A stretch of 64,000 nt of DNA, from NCBI RefSeq assembly GCF_009834535.1, contig NC_045696.1, forward strand, positions 46,874,001 to 46,938,000, given 5' to 3'. Of this stretch, positions 52,966 through 64,000 are shown piece after piece (position 1 is the stretch's first letter; every line of letters begins with the position of its first letter). The DNA is from Camelus ferus (lineage: Eukaryota). The notes under the pieces were generated by a model that did not search any database, was not told where the DNA came from, and was given only the letters and a program-made list of their open reading frames with translations. The translations under genes and the position numbers were made by a program.

Positions 52966-54649
52966 TGTTGTATTTGTACAGCATAAGTGTACTAATAGCA
53001 TCTGCGTAAACCAAGAGGTCACATTTGTGACTGAAGGTGGCACTTCTGGATTAGTGGTACCTTCTGTAAAGCTCGTGGATTGCTGAATGGTTTCTAAGAA
53101 CCAGATGAATAGATAGCTTAAAATCTCTAACAATGTCTATCTGAAATAAAATATCCAGTCACGAACATAAGTACAGGCTAACGTATAATGACCAGCGAAG
53201 TCCAGCAAGCATAGGAGAAATCAGGCCATATGCAAGGGCAAGGGAAACTAAGAAAAATCTAATAAACTCTGGCTGTGATTTTTAGTCTCTGTGTGTTCTG
53301 AAATTTGTGCTTGTGGAAAACTGGCCAGTTTCAGCATGGTTGGGTCAGGGACGTTTCCTGTTATCAATAGGAAGCTGCTATACAATTAAATAGATCAATG
53401 ATGCAGTGAACTGAATTAGTGTTTTTTTTATAGTCAAGTAATTGAACTAGTTCTGCATTCTACATATTTCTAGTTGTACAAGCATGATCTTTGAATCCAT
53501 CATGTAAGAAGATGCTTGGACTGCTTCAGTCAATTGATTTGAGAAGCAGTGAAAGGAACTGGGTTTTGTTAGGAAGGCAGTAAAATATCAAAAAATGGTG
53601 CAGGGGACGCACATCTGACACACTCAGTAGCTTTATGGAGACTTAATGATTTTTGAGAACAATTTGCAAATCTGGTCTAATTCAATTAGTACTATAATCA
53701 TCTACCTTAAAATATGGTGGAACATTCTGTTGTATATTTACCACATTTGGTTCTGGTCTATGGAACATTATAATACCTATCAGCGGTGTGCTGGTAAACC
53801 AGCTCTCTGTCCTGTTTTCTTTTTGCTTTTTAAAGCCATGATTTTTAGTGTTTTCCTATTTCTGTGGTGTAAATACTCCCATTATGGGCTAGTTTTAAGC
53901 TACCAACAGTTTAACGATTGCTTTTAAAGTTTCTGAATCTCTGACAATCAGCTCTTAGAAGCTAGTACATCATTGCAAGTTACTACGAACAGCGGAGGAG
54001 AGCCTGTTAAAGTTTTTAAAACTTTAAATCATGCAGTCTTAGGACTAGAAGCATCCAGCATATTCTAGTGCTAACTTTTCAGAAGAAAAAAAATTGACCC
54101 TGAGGATAAGTGATATCCTGAAAATCATGCAGAAAATTACTAGCAGATTTAGGATTGGAATCAAGGTGTCTGACCTCACCATGCAGTATTCTATGCAGAA
54201 GTCTTTATACAGGGAATAGAGAAAAAAGCAGTCATTGGACATGAATAGAAACATGACTGTATAATCTTGCTTTGGGATGTGGATGGGACAGGATGGGTGG
54301 CAGGGGCTGTGAACATGAAGTTTCTCCAGAGCTGCTCCAAGCTGTGTTGAGAATAATTTAGGAAATTGTGCAGATTGTAATCTTGGTTTGTTAAGTGGGC
54401 AGACCATTTTACTTTTTTGGGCTTTGGTTTTATGATTTTTTTAAGTGACAGTTTTTAATATTAGTATGTCTTAATTGCTAGTGTTTGTTAAATAATCTAG
54501 AGTATGTAGTAAAATGATCAATCCAGGTGGAGCTAATATTAAGAGTTCATAGGCCACACTTAAAGAAATACTAATTGAGATCCTCTTTAAAGATGCTTTC
54601 AGATCTAAGATAGTTTATCAGTTTACTTGTAGCCAGGAAACATTTCTAA

Positions 54650-54860
54650 AGTGGTAGTTTCTTAAAGCAGTTCTTAGGTGAGCTGCCTCAAAGTCACCTG
54701 AGGAGCTTTTTAAAATTTCTGACCACCCAAGATCACACCCAAGACCAATGAAATGAGAACTGAGGGAGAAGAGGGCTAGGAAATTGTTTCTTTCTTTCTT
54801 TCTTTCTTTTTTTTTTTTTTTGAAGTTGCCTTTTTGATTTTGATTTCCAACTAGTTAGGA
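54650..54860. mobile_element. MER5-like MITE
   Basis: ctgcctcaaagtcacctgaggagctttttaaaat...cccaagaccaatgaaatgagaact. Confidence 0.5.
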
Positions 54861-56179
54861 ATGTCAGAGCTTCCTAGCCTAGAAAATGTTTTGCAGGGTA
54901 AGAAAGTGATAAGTACTTGTTAACTACTAACCCATAGAGTAGGGACTATATCCAAAGACTAAGTCTATCCAACAGCTTTCTCAAGTAAGGGATGGGAAGA
55001 AGCAGGGGATGGGCTCTGAGGGCCACCTGGGAAGTGTCCTGCTGGTACTGAGCAGTGAGTGCAAGGACACTCACCTGGAGGAGGCCAAGGCGAGCCTGAA
55101 GTAAAACACGGATGGTGAATCAGCAAATCACAGGTTTGAACTTTGCATATCTGTATCAATAGCACACAATTCTGGAAATCTGATCCTGGAGATGTGTTAT
55201 TTAGAACACAGTAAGATGACCATGGTTCTTGATCTTCTCTCTTCTGTATTTTTTTTTTTCTAACTTGCCAAACAACAAACTAGTGAATCCAAAATTGTTT
55301 TTAGCTTTTAAAATGTCATTCTATCCTTTCAAAAATAAAATTTTAGGATTTATTATTTGGTTGTTGGGCACATTCAGTTTTAAAAAAGGTAAAGTTATAG
55401 CAATGGTTACTATTTGACCACAAAATAGGGGAGGCCTTGCTAACTACTATAATTGGATTGCTATAATGAAAACTACTTTAAAGAAAAAACAAAAAGCCTT
55501 TTGGGCTGGCATAAAAGAGTTTTAAGAAGAAAGGCATCTGGCCATTTAATCCTAGGTTCTCTATGAAGTTTCCCAAATCTTCAGAGTCTACTGACGTTCA
55601 GAGAGCATCCATCCATGCTTGTTTACCATCCACACAGCCGAGTTATGAATCAGAGAGTGACGCTATGTTTTCTTAACTTCCTACACAGGTCTACCAGTTC
55701 TAATAAAAGGTTGAAAAATAATCTCAAATTTGTTTACTGATTTTCACACACCCATTTACCTAAATCTGCATTCTTAAAGTGTGTTCCTGGGTGAAAAGGG
55801 TCTGTGATTACAGATTTGAAAAAAAATAATGGAACTACATTTGCTGTCCACACAGTCACAATGGAGAAAATTAGTCCTGAAGAAAAGGAAACTTACTTAA
55901 CATTTCTCAAATTTACTCATTACAGAAACTTTGTTTAATCTCATGGGAAATACTGACCTAGATAAATTAAGACAGCAGTAGAAAAAAACTTCCTTAGAAG
56001 TATCAAAAAGTTGTTCCTACTTGGTCAATGAATAAATGATTATATAAGTTTTAAGGCATGTTCAATCGGCCATATAGTTTTATTGGACAGGTCATATGAT
56101 TACAACAAGTTGGTTGTCCATTTGATTCAGTGAGGATAACTTCTACTATATAAAGCATATGATTTCCAAGAACCATCAT

Positions 56180-57945
56180 TTTTTAGCTTTATATTTTGAA
56201 ATAATTTGATTTATAGAAAAGTTGTAAAAAATGTACAATGGATTTCTATATATTCTTCTCTCAAATTCCCAAAATGTTAACAATTCACCATTTTTTTTAT
56301 CACTCTCCTTTTCTATGTGCATGAATATACCAACACACACATGCATATTTACATCTTTTTCTCTGCACCATTTGAAAGCAGACTGCCGACATGATGGACC
56401 TTTCCCTCCAAATACTTGTGTGTTGCTAAAAGCAAGGATATTCTTTTACACAACCACAGTACAAATATGAAAGTTTAGCATTGATTTAGTACTATTATCC
56501 AGTCTATAGATCTTATTCTAATTTTACCTGTCCCAATAATATCCTTTTCTAACAAATAAAAATGTTTTTTACTGGGCCCAGGAGCCAATCTGGAATCACT
56601 TGTTGCATTTAATTATGTCTCTTTCATCTCCTTTAATTTGGAGCAGTTCCTCAGTCTTGTTTTTCATGCCATTGTAACATTTTTGAAAGATTGCAGGTCA
56701 TATTGTACAATGTCCCTCCACTGGATCTGTCTGATCTTTCCTCATGACTAGATTCAAGTCATACATTTTCAGGAGTGTGTGCTCTTTGCAGGAGAAACAT
56801 GATGTCTATTAGTTGCACAACTAGCAATGTTAACTTTTGATCACTGCCAGGTTTCTCTACTGTAAAGGTAGAATTTTTCTCTTTATAGAATATCTTACCT
56901 ACTTTGAGATTATGTAAATATTGTTTTCATTAAACCTTACTAGTTTTAGCATCTGTCAACCTAAATAAAGGGGTAAACTGAGGCAAGCTCAAATTACCAG
57001 AAATATCGGTGCCACTTTCCTGACAGCATTTGCTCATTTCGTTCTCTGTGTCACACTGGTAATTCCTGCAATATTTCAAACTTTTAATTATTATTACTAT
57101 ATTTGTTATGGTGCCCTGTGATCAGTGATCTTGATGTTGCTTCTGAGTCACTAAACCTCAGATGATCATTAGCATTTTTTAGCAGTAAGTTGTTTTTGAT
57201 TAAAATGTGTATGATGTTTTTAAATACATAACGCTACTGAACACATAAGACTCCAGAATATTGTAAACATAACTTTTATATGCACTTGGAAACCACAAGA
57301 ATTGTGTGACTTGCTTTATTGTCACCTTCCCTGTATTGCCGCGGTCTGAAACTGAACCTGCAACATGTGAGGTGTGCCTGGATGGTAGTTGCCAGATGGT
57401 GATTTCTGAACACAGTATTCCTTTTACTTCAGCTGCCATTCTATTGTAAGGAAGACCTTTCTCTTCTGCCACTGATTCATTGATCTCTATCTGTATGGAT
57501 TCATGGTTTCTTGTTTTATCCTGTGCGTTATAATTTATTACTATAATTATTTATTTTGATGCTAAATTGTCCCAGATTGGCTAGTAGGATATCCTTCAAT
57601 CTGACTTTAGCCATAACCCTATCATTCTTTGAGCATTTCCTTACTTTCTGGCAGAGTAAGACTGTCCAGGCTCATCTTGTGCTTCCCCTGCCCCAGTCCA
57701 GGAATCAAAAGCCTGTTTCTTTTTTTTTTTCCTTTAAGTAGAAAATTTAGAAACCAAGATCTGAGTGCTAGGTTTTCTCATTGTTACTGGGCTGTCACTG
57801 CTTCTAGAGCCTCTCAGAGGACAGAACTAGTTAATACATGTATATATGTATATGTATTTCTGTATCTATATTTATATATTCCTATTAATCTATATGTATG
57901 AAAAACCCACACATTCATACTGATGCTGCCAATTCCAATCTTGTA
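56180..57945 (-). mobile_element. L1MC-type 3' UTR fragments
   Basis: tattttgaaataattt...tagaaaagttgtaaaaa, ttcctcatgactagattcaag, aaattgtcccagattggctagt, gaaaccaagatctgagtgctagg. Confidence 0.75.
57005..57381 (+). mobile_element. Internally deleted Tigger1 derivative inside L1MC
   Basis: cagcatttgctcattt...aacataacttttatatgcacttggaaacc...gaggtgtgcctg; 3' end similar to 51880-51982. Confidence 0.8.
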
Positions 57946-59051
57946 CCCATCATTTATAAACACTGTCTTGAAATTGTGTCAAAACTCACAGACTTGAAGT
58001 CACTAAATTCACCAGCTGTAGAAGAGGAGCTACAAGATATTCTGGAACTGCATAGTACCAGTCACTCCCCATTCACTTACTAACTCATATCCTGTTTGCT
58101 AGGTCTTTGGCTAGGAATATGGAAATGAAAAAGGCTTTCTCCTTATCCTCAAGCAGCTCAATCTGTTAGAGATGACTGAAGAAAATATAATTTCAATATT
58201 ACGTTCTGTATTAGAGTTATTCACAGTGGTCTATGGGAAGAGAGGAGGGCCCCCCAACCCGACCTGAGAAAACTGGATTATTTTAGGAAATAAAAATAGG
58301 TTGTTTACACCACTTATTGGAAGAGTTCTTAGATTATCTGTGTTTGCATGAAATGAAGAGTGCACTTCGCTTCTGAGCAAAAGTACATCTTATGGAGAGC
58401 CCTGATTTACCTAGGAGGGTTCTCTGCATTGACTGACTTCATCAAAAAACTGCTCAGCCATGACAATACCTATGCAAATGAGTTCCAGGGGAATCAATGT
58501 TAGCTTGTGGGACCAAAGGTAGATTTTATTCTTTCTACTCTGCCCCCTCCGAATGACCATAAAAGAAGGGAAAAGTTTTGAACTTTTTCAAACCACCTAT
58601 TAACACAAATTAAATAAATCGACTTATTCACCATTTTACTGATTGCCACCCTCTTGAGCAATAGAGTAGTTTACACATACTGATATTCTTTTTTCTAAAC
58701 TCAATCTTAAACCAGAAAGAGTATGAAGGAAAGAAAAAGATAGTTTAGGGTACATGTCTAGAAAGTAAGGGCTTAAAAAAAGAAATTGGAGGGGAGTAAA
58801 ATATTAGGATAAAAAAGAGAAAGGGATTTTGTTACCTTTGTTGTCAGATGTATATATATAGTATTCTTATCAAAATTTACCATTAGGACTCCCCCCACCT
58901 TTTCAAAAAATAAATGTGGGCTATCTTCTGGTTTGAGCTCCTCTCACCAGTTTCCTCCAGTTCCACGTCTGGTCACTCTAATAATGCTTATTTGACCAAC
59001 TTAGGAATCAAAGACTAGAAAGTTGCTGCTGCTGTCAGCACATGGATCTTT

Positions 59052-59111
59052 TTTCTTTTTTTCTAAACATTTTTTTATTGAGTTACAGTCATTTTACAAC
59101 GTTGTGTCAAC
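59052..59111 (-). mobile_element. Very short young L1 3' tail with a diverged 14-bp TSD
   Basis: ttttttattgagttacagtcattttacaacgttgtgtcaa matches the L1 3' ends near 26830, 29600 and 22875. Flanks gcacatggatcttt (59038-59051) and gcacacagaccttt (59112-59125). Confidence 0.85.
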
Positions 59112-59290
59112 GCACACAGACCTTTGACACAAGCCTGGCCCCTTCCTTCTGATGACAAGTGCCTCTGCGCCCAGAGACGGCCAGTGACGGCTGGGGATCC
59201 TTTCCAAGAAGCCAAACTACCCTCACCTCAGCTTTATGGTTACCTAAAATTATACTTTTTCAAAAGAGCAGAAGAAAAAACTTCAGTATC

Positions 59291-59313
59291 TTTATTAATA
59301 CCTGAAGTTTATT
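59291..59313 (-). terminator. Tandem candidate poly(A) signals (2x AATAAA)
   Basis: Plus strand tttatt at 59291-59296 and 59308-59313. Confidence 0.45.
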
Positions 59314-59554
59314 ACTTATTATGAGTCTTTCTTGATAAAACTGACTTTATATCTTCTATGATCTGAGGCCACTTAATAAAAAATAAACATTTCCATGTGC
59401 TGACAGCAGCAGCACCTGCGGGAAGCACGGGTCAGATACACTTTGCATCATGTACCTCCCCCTCAAACGCATGGAACAGTAAGAACAGTGAGCCACCAGG
59501 TGGGGGCTTCAATATAGGTAGTGATTAGTGAAAGCTCCTTTGAAAGTGAGAATT

Positions 59555-59569
59555 TTTAATTACTTTATT
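59555..59569 (-). terminator. Candidate proximal IFT57 poly(A) signal (AATAAA followed by ATTAAA)
   Basis: Plus strand tttatt 59564-59569 and tttaat 59555-59560, about 185 nt after the stop. Confidence 0.55.
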
Positions 59570-59751
59570 AAATATTATATTCACTTTAAAGGGTTTGACC
59601 ATCCATAATCACTATGATACAATATGTGTATACATACTGTAAAAAATACTCATTCAACATGCTTGAAGAGCAATAACTGTGTTTTGAAATCTATGCAATA
59701 AGAAATGTAATTTGATATAAAAAACCAACTAATTAGAAGAAGAAAGATGCT

Positions 59752-59930
59752 TTAATAAGAGCCTATTGCAGATTCTGGAATGACTGTTGCATGCATGTCC
59801 CTAGTCATGTTGGACTTCTCCTTCAGTTTTGACTGGAGTAATGTGTGTTCCACAACACCGATTCTAATGTCCATCTGAATGGTTTCTTGCTTCAGCTTCG
59901 TTAAGCTCTGTTTAATCTTCACCAAAGGAG
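59752..59930 (-). CDS. IFT57: IFT57 last exon, coding part: (A)PLVKIKQSLTKLKQETIQMDIRIGVVEHTLLQSKLKEKSNMTRDMHATVIPESAIGSY*
   Basis: Acceptor ttattttcattctgcAG at 59931-59932; 179 nt = 2 + 59 codons ending in TAA (59752-59754). Recognised as the IFT57/HIPPI C-terminus (ORF 59752..59982). Confidence 0.96.
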
Positions 59931-60922
59931 CTGCAGAATGAAAATAACGTGGAATAAAAATGCTTATTTGGAGTATCAGCATATTATAGAACTGTATGAC
60001 ATTTTCCTCACTTTGTCTTAAGCCAAAAATAGGGTTAAAAACACAGCCAACAATTTAGTGACATTCAGTTTTGCTGTGGCATTTTAAACACCTGAGATTT
60101 TTAAGCTGGGAAATGATGTAGCATTTGATGTACCAAGGCTGAACTTCCTTTCTTTTCCAGGAGATTAGCTAAAGGAGTGTTTAAGGATGTCTTCAATATT
60201 TTTTTACAGGCTAGTATATTTGTTTGAAGGAAAAGGGGATACAGCGGAGAGAAAGGGAAGGAAGAAATACCTTTGAGACATAGCTAATGGGCTCATTCAA
60301 ACATACCGCAAACCTCCTATACATCGCCTTTTGAAAGATCCCTCAGTATACACCATTAGAGCTCTAGAAACACTTTCCAGAGCATAGAATGGCCTTAGGC
60401 AGTCACCACTGGGCCATGCCAAGGTAAGTAGCTCACGATGGAGATGATTACTACACAATTACTAATTCTTCCCTATTTGACCCTTGCACAGTCAGGTCTA
60501 CAGGGGAAGGGGAAAAAAAAGGTTGTCACATCACTGCCTTTGTGCCATTTGGGCATATACTTAGAGTTCTTTCTGTACATAAAATGGAATAATAATGCTC
60601 ACTTGATGGAAACAGAACAAAATATTACTTTTAAATTGGCATAACGAAGTACATATTTAAATGTTTCCCACTCTTTCTGGATTAATACAGTTTGAATTTT
60701 AAAAAATCCAAAATGATAGTAAAAACATTATGACTCTTCTCAGCTCATTTATAAGAAGAGCAGTTTACTGGTTTTCAGACATCATTTTTGTACCACGTAC
60801 CTTTCCCTCAAACATACTCATTTTAAAAAGTAGACTTCCTATTTATTAAGTTAAATAATGTATTTCTTAAAAGAGATATTCTTCTTTTGCTCATTTTCTC
60901 CTTACAATGAGTGTCTACTTAC

Positions 60923-60989
60923 CACCATCAGTCATACTGCTGCCTTTTTCTTCCATTTCTTGTTTTACCTTTTCTAGCTCTTCTGTAAC
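60923..60989 (-). CDS. IFT57: IFT57 penultimate coding exon (67 nt, phase 0/1): VTEELEKVKQEMEEKGSSMTDG
   Basis: Minus strand reads tttttttccaataaaAG|GTTACA...GATGGTG|GTAAGT. The leftover G completes the Ala codon (G|CT) with the last exon. Confidence 0.95.
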
Positions 60990-62189
60990 CTTTTATTGGA
61001 AAAAAAAAGTTTTCATCCGCCCTGGATTTTAATAAACTTTCAAAATTCTTGAATGATGTATTAAGAAAATTAATTCAGATATAACACATACATAAAGGGA
61101 TAGAGAGACGTTAGCAGTATCCTGGACATAATTTGAATTAACAGGATGTGCATGCAGGGACGCAGAGCTTTTTACCTTCCGAGAGTGCGCCTGTTGTTAA
61201 ACTTCACCAAATCACTTTCACATTAACCTTCTCAGGTTGTAACATTGTAGAATAAAAACGATCTAAGTTTTTTTAGGCACCAGGCACTGAAGCCCTGCAG
61301 TTATCTCACGGCAGCTGCCATGCCAGTCTCTAATGATCAGCTATTGATTAAAATAGCATAAACATCCTAAAAAGATTTTTGATTTCTAAAGGTTTTTACT
61401 AGGCATCTTTCTTAATATTGCAGTTTTATAAGAGAATATACCTTTTCCTCTATAAGACACTAAAAATAGCATTTATGCCATATGGCTATATATAAAAATA
61501 TTCTAACTGCTTTATCTAAAAAACCATGAACTCTAAGAGGCGTACTATGCCTTTACATTGGCTCTTATCTGTACTCCACGTCATAGTCAAAATTAAACTA
61601 CTAGAGCCTCCAATATTAGCAAAATTCCAAACTAGCATTAATACAGGTAGAAAATAACATCTTTAAAAAAATGAAAAATTTTCATATGATCTAGAACTAA
61701 GCCATAATTATTTTAACTTAGTCAGCTTTATTTTTATCATCCTGGTGAGTAAAAACTTCCTTGGGAATAAAGTGCTCATCCAAGTAAAGCAAATTAATTT
61801 TTTTCCGGCACCTGAAATGTTACAACCTGGGGATAACTACGTACTCCGAAAGAACTAAATGGTTCCCTGGACTCCCTTCAAGTGTTAATTTACCTAACGT
61901 AAGTGCGCTCTTTACTTCTGTATAATGTTTTATCTAGCTAGAGGCACCACAGGATTAGAGTCTAAATATTTCTAAAGTTATATTTTTAGTATTTTAAAGT
62001 AACTATTCCTCAAATAATCTCCATAAAAGAAGCTTAATTCTGTTATATAGAATAGTTTGTGACAATTATACTTGATTGTAACCAAAGATAATCTTGGATT
62101 TTAGTCCCACATTTGTTAGTGACCTTGTTGTTAGGTTTTTTTTTTTTAACCTCCTAGCTCTTAAATGAAAAATGGGAATATATATTAGT

Positions 62190-62280
62190 TTTTTATATAT
62201 ATGTATATATACACATATATACATATATACATATATATAGGTAAGACCTAATATATAATATATACTGTTAATATAATAGG
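62190..62280. repeat. (TA)n/(TACA)n low-complexity tract in an IFT57 intron
   Basis: tatatatatgtatatatacacatatatacatatatac. Confidence 0.8.
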
Positions 62281-62830
62281 TCATATATTAAGTCTTATAT
62301 CTCATACAAGGTGATGAAACTAAATATGACAATATAGGTGAATATGCCGTAAGTATTTAGAAGGGAAAGGGTTACAAGCCACTCCCAATTTGTGGACAGA
62401 GAACTATTCAGGATCACACACAAGTTATTAACAACAACCACTAAAAACAAATCTTATATCTCACAGACTAACATAAAAATTTATTATAAAGATTTAAGTC
62501 AGTGCTTTACCTACTCTTCTATGTATTAATTATAATTATTATATTTTTTAAAAGATTAAAGGTTAGAAATGTGCTAATATTATCAGCATGTTTTATGTAA
62601 CACTTAGTAAAACAACTTCAGGCATTTTGTGGAAGCAAGCAGTATATAAATACATAATTGATGTATTGATAAGAAAATTTAGGGATTTTCTTCTAAAGAA
62701 AAGGATTTAGAGAAATGGAAGCAATTACTAAAATAAACCACCCCCGGCTGAAGCAGCATTAAACCATCCATGGCTTGAATAGCAGGGCCCAGCTGTCAGG
62801 TGAGAATTCGGGAGAGCACACAGTGTGTAC

Positions 62831-62893
62831 CTCAGACAGGAGTCTGGTCCTTTCAGTCACTCCGCCGTTTCCCTGCTGGTAACGCTCCCTTGC
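62831..62893 (-). CDS. IFT57: IFT57 coding exon, third from last (63 nt, phase 0/0): ARERYQQGNGGVTERTRLLSE
   Basis: Minus strand reads ttttctccctcAG|GCAAGG...TCTGAG|GTacac. The peptide matches the remembered IFT57 C-terminal coiled-coil region and splices in frame to the next exon. Confidence 0.93.
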
Positions 62894-64000
62894 CTGAGGG
62901 AGAAAACATTTTGTTTAATGGCAAGTTCAAAACAGAAGCAGATTACTTAAATATGACCTCCTTGTGTTTGCAATTTCTACATATCATTTTATGACAACCC
63001 CCCTCCTCGTCTGTGAGTACATTTGTGAAAAGTGACATTTAACGGTAGCTATTTTATGTCCCTAATAGGCACTATGGATTTAACCAAAGCACTATACAAT
63101 GATGAACTGCCTTAACCTTCATATAATGACTGTGTGACTCACATGGGCGTGGTTCACAATAAAAACTGTCCTCAGCCATTCCTAAACAGTTTAGACAGTG
63201 GTTCTTGGTCGATCTAATCTGCGTGCTATGCAGACAAAAGCAGTTCTAAAAAATCAATCATAATAGAGCAGCAGAATCAGTAATTAATAAGGATTACAAA
63301 CAGTATGACAGTCTGCAATATGTTCTTGGGAACTAATTTAACAATCAATTATTTAATATCAATGCTTGAGAGATACAGGGTGGCTTTAATCAGAGAATTC
63401 TTACAGTATTTAAAAAGTATTCATGAATAGATGTGTATATGTATAATTAAACAAATCACAATAAAACAGTGAAGGTTACTTTCTGCTTGGTCTTTGAGAG
63501 TTTCTGAAAGTACGGAAGTATCTCAAGTTTATTTCAATTTTTTTCTCTTTCTAACCTTGTCTGCTGAAAGAAAAAATATGCTTTCAACTGACATTTGCAA
63601 GTATTCTTACTAGTCTTCCTCCACATCAGGAAAGAGGGGGCATAAACCCCAAAGGAAAGCTTTAGCTCGCTACTGCAGGAACAAAGCACTGCTACTTTCA
63701 AAAGCTGAAGGTTTTATTTTATTTTTGGTTGAAATTCTAAAACTTTGAAAGGATTAAAAAATTTGCTCATTTAATTAATTAAACTACTTGTCTTTGAATG
63801 TGTCTTGCTTTCATATTCCTTACTATGTGGTTGTGAGCCTCTGTGGCAAGGATGTCTTTTCTCCCTGACACATGTAAATGCATACTATTCTACTTCCTCC
63901 TACTCACAGCAGTAAATTAACAGCAGACTTGCAAACACAACCAGGTGTCCTGACACACTGTTCCTGTTCTATGTTCCTCAACCATATATGCCTTCCTTTA

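Larger units (their letters stand above)
59024..59414. repeat. Perfect 23-bp inverted repeat, arms 59024-59046 and 59392-59414
   Basis: TGCTGCTGCTGTCAGCACATGGA and its exact reverse complement TCCATGTGCTGACAGCAGCAGCA. Confidence 0.95.
57950..59751 (-). other. IFT57: IFT57 3' UTR (distal end uncertain)
   Basis: Largely non-repetitive AT-rich sequence downstream of the stop, running to the L1M boundary near 57945, with several minus-strand AATAAA hexamers. Confidence 0.55.

Noticed and set aside
59024..59414. The 23-bp inverted repeat as the termini of a DNA transposon
   Set aside because: No flanking TSD and no resemblance to hAT, Tigger or mariner termini that I recognise.
59931..59982. N-terminal part (MLILQISIFIPRYFHS) of ORF 59752..59982
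   Set aside because: It is intronic: the pyrimidine tract and AG acceptor of the last IFT57 exon.

Overview
Mammalian, repeat-rich, mostly non-coding DNA, most likely from a camelid (alpaca/llama/camel): it carries a tRNA-Ala-derived vic-1-type SINE and a young L1 subfamily with a shared 3' tail. The only recognisable host gene is the 3' end of IFT57 on the minus strand: three coding exons (62831-62893, 60923-60989, 59752-59930) with GT-AG boundaries and compatible phases, plus the 3' UTR. By human synteny, the ~58 kb to the left should be the IFT57-CD47 intergenic interval, with the CD47 promoter beyond the left edge (inference; CD47 itself is not seen). That interval holds L1, L2, CR1/L3, MIR, MaLR/ERVL LTR, hAT and Tigger fossils and a few CpG-retaining, motif-rich patches (about 16.2-17.7, 21.5-22.2 and 49.0-49.7 kb). 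The most striking unexplained structure is a perfect 23-bp inverted repeat in the putative IFT57 3' UTR (59024-59046 / 59392-59414). It brackets three AATAAA signals, one donated by a 60-bp L1 tail, and is a candidate long-range RNA duplex affecting alternative polyadenylation. Repeat family names and boundaries were judged by eye and are approximate.
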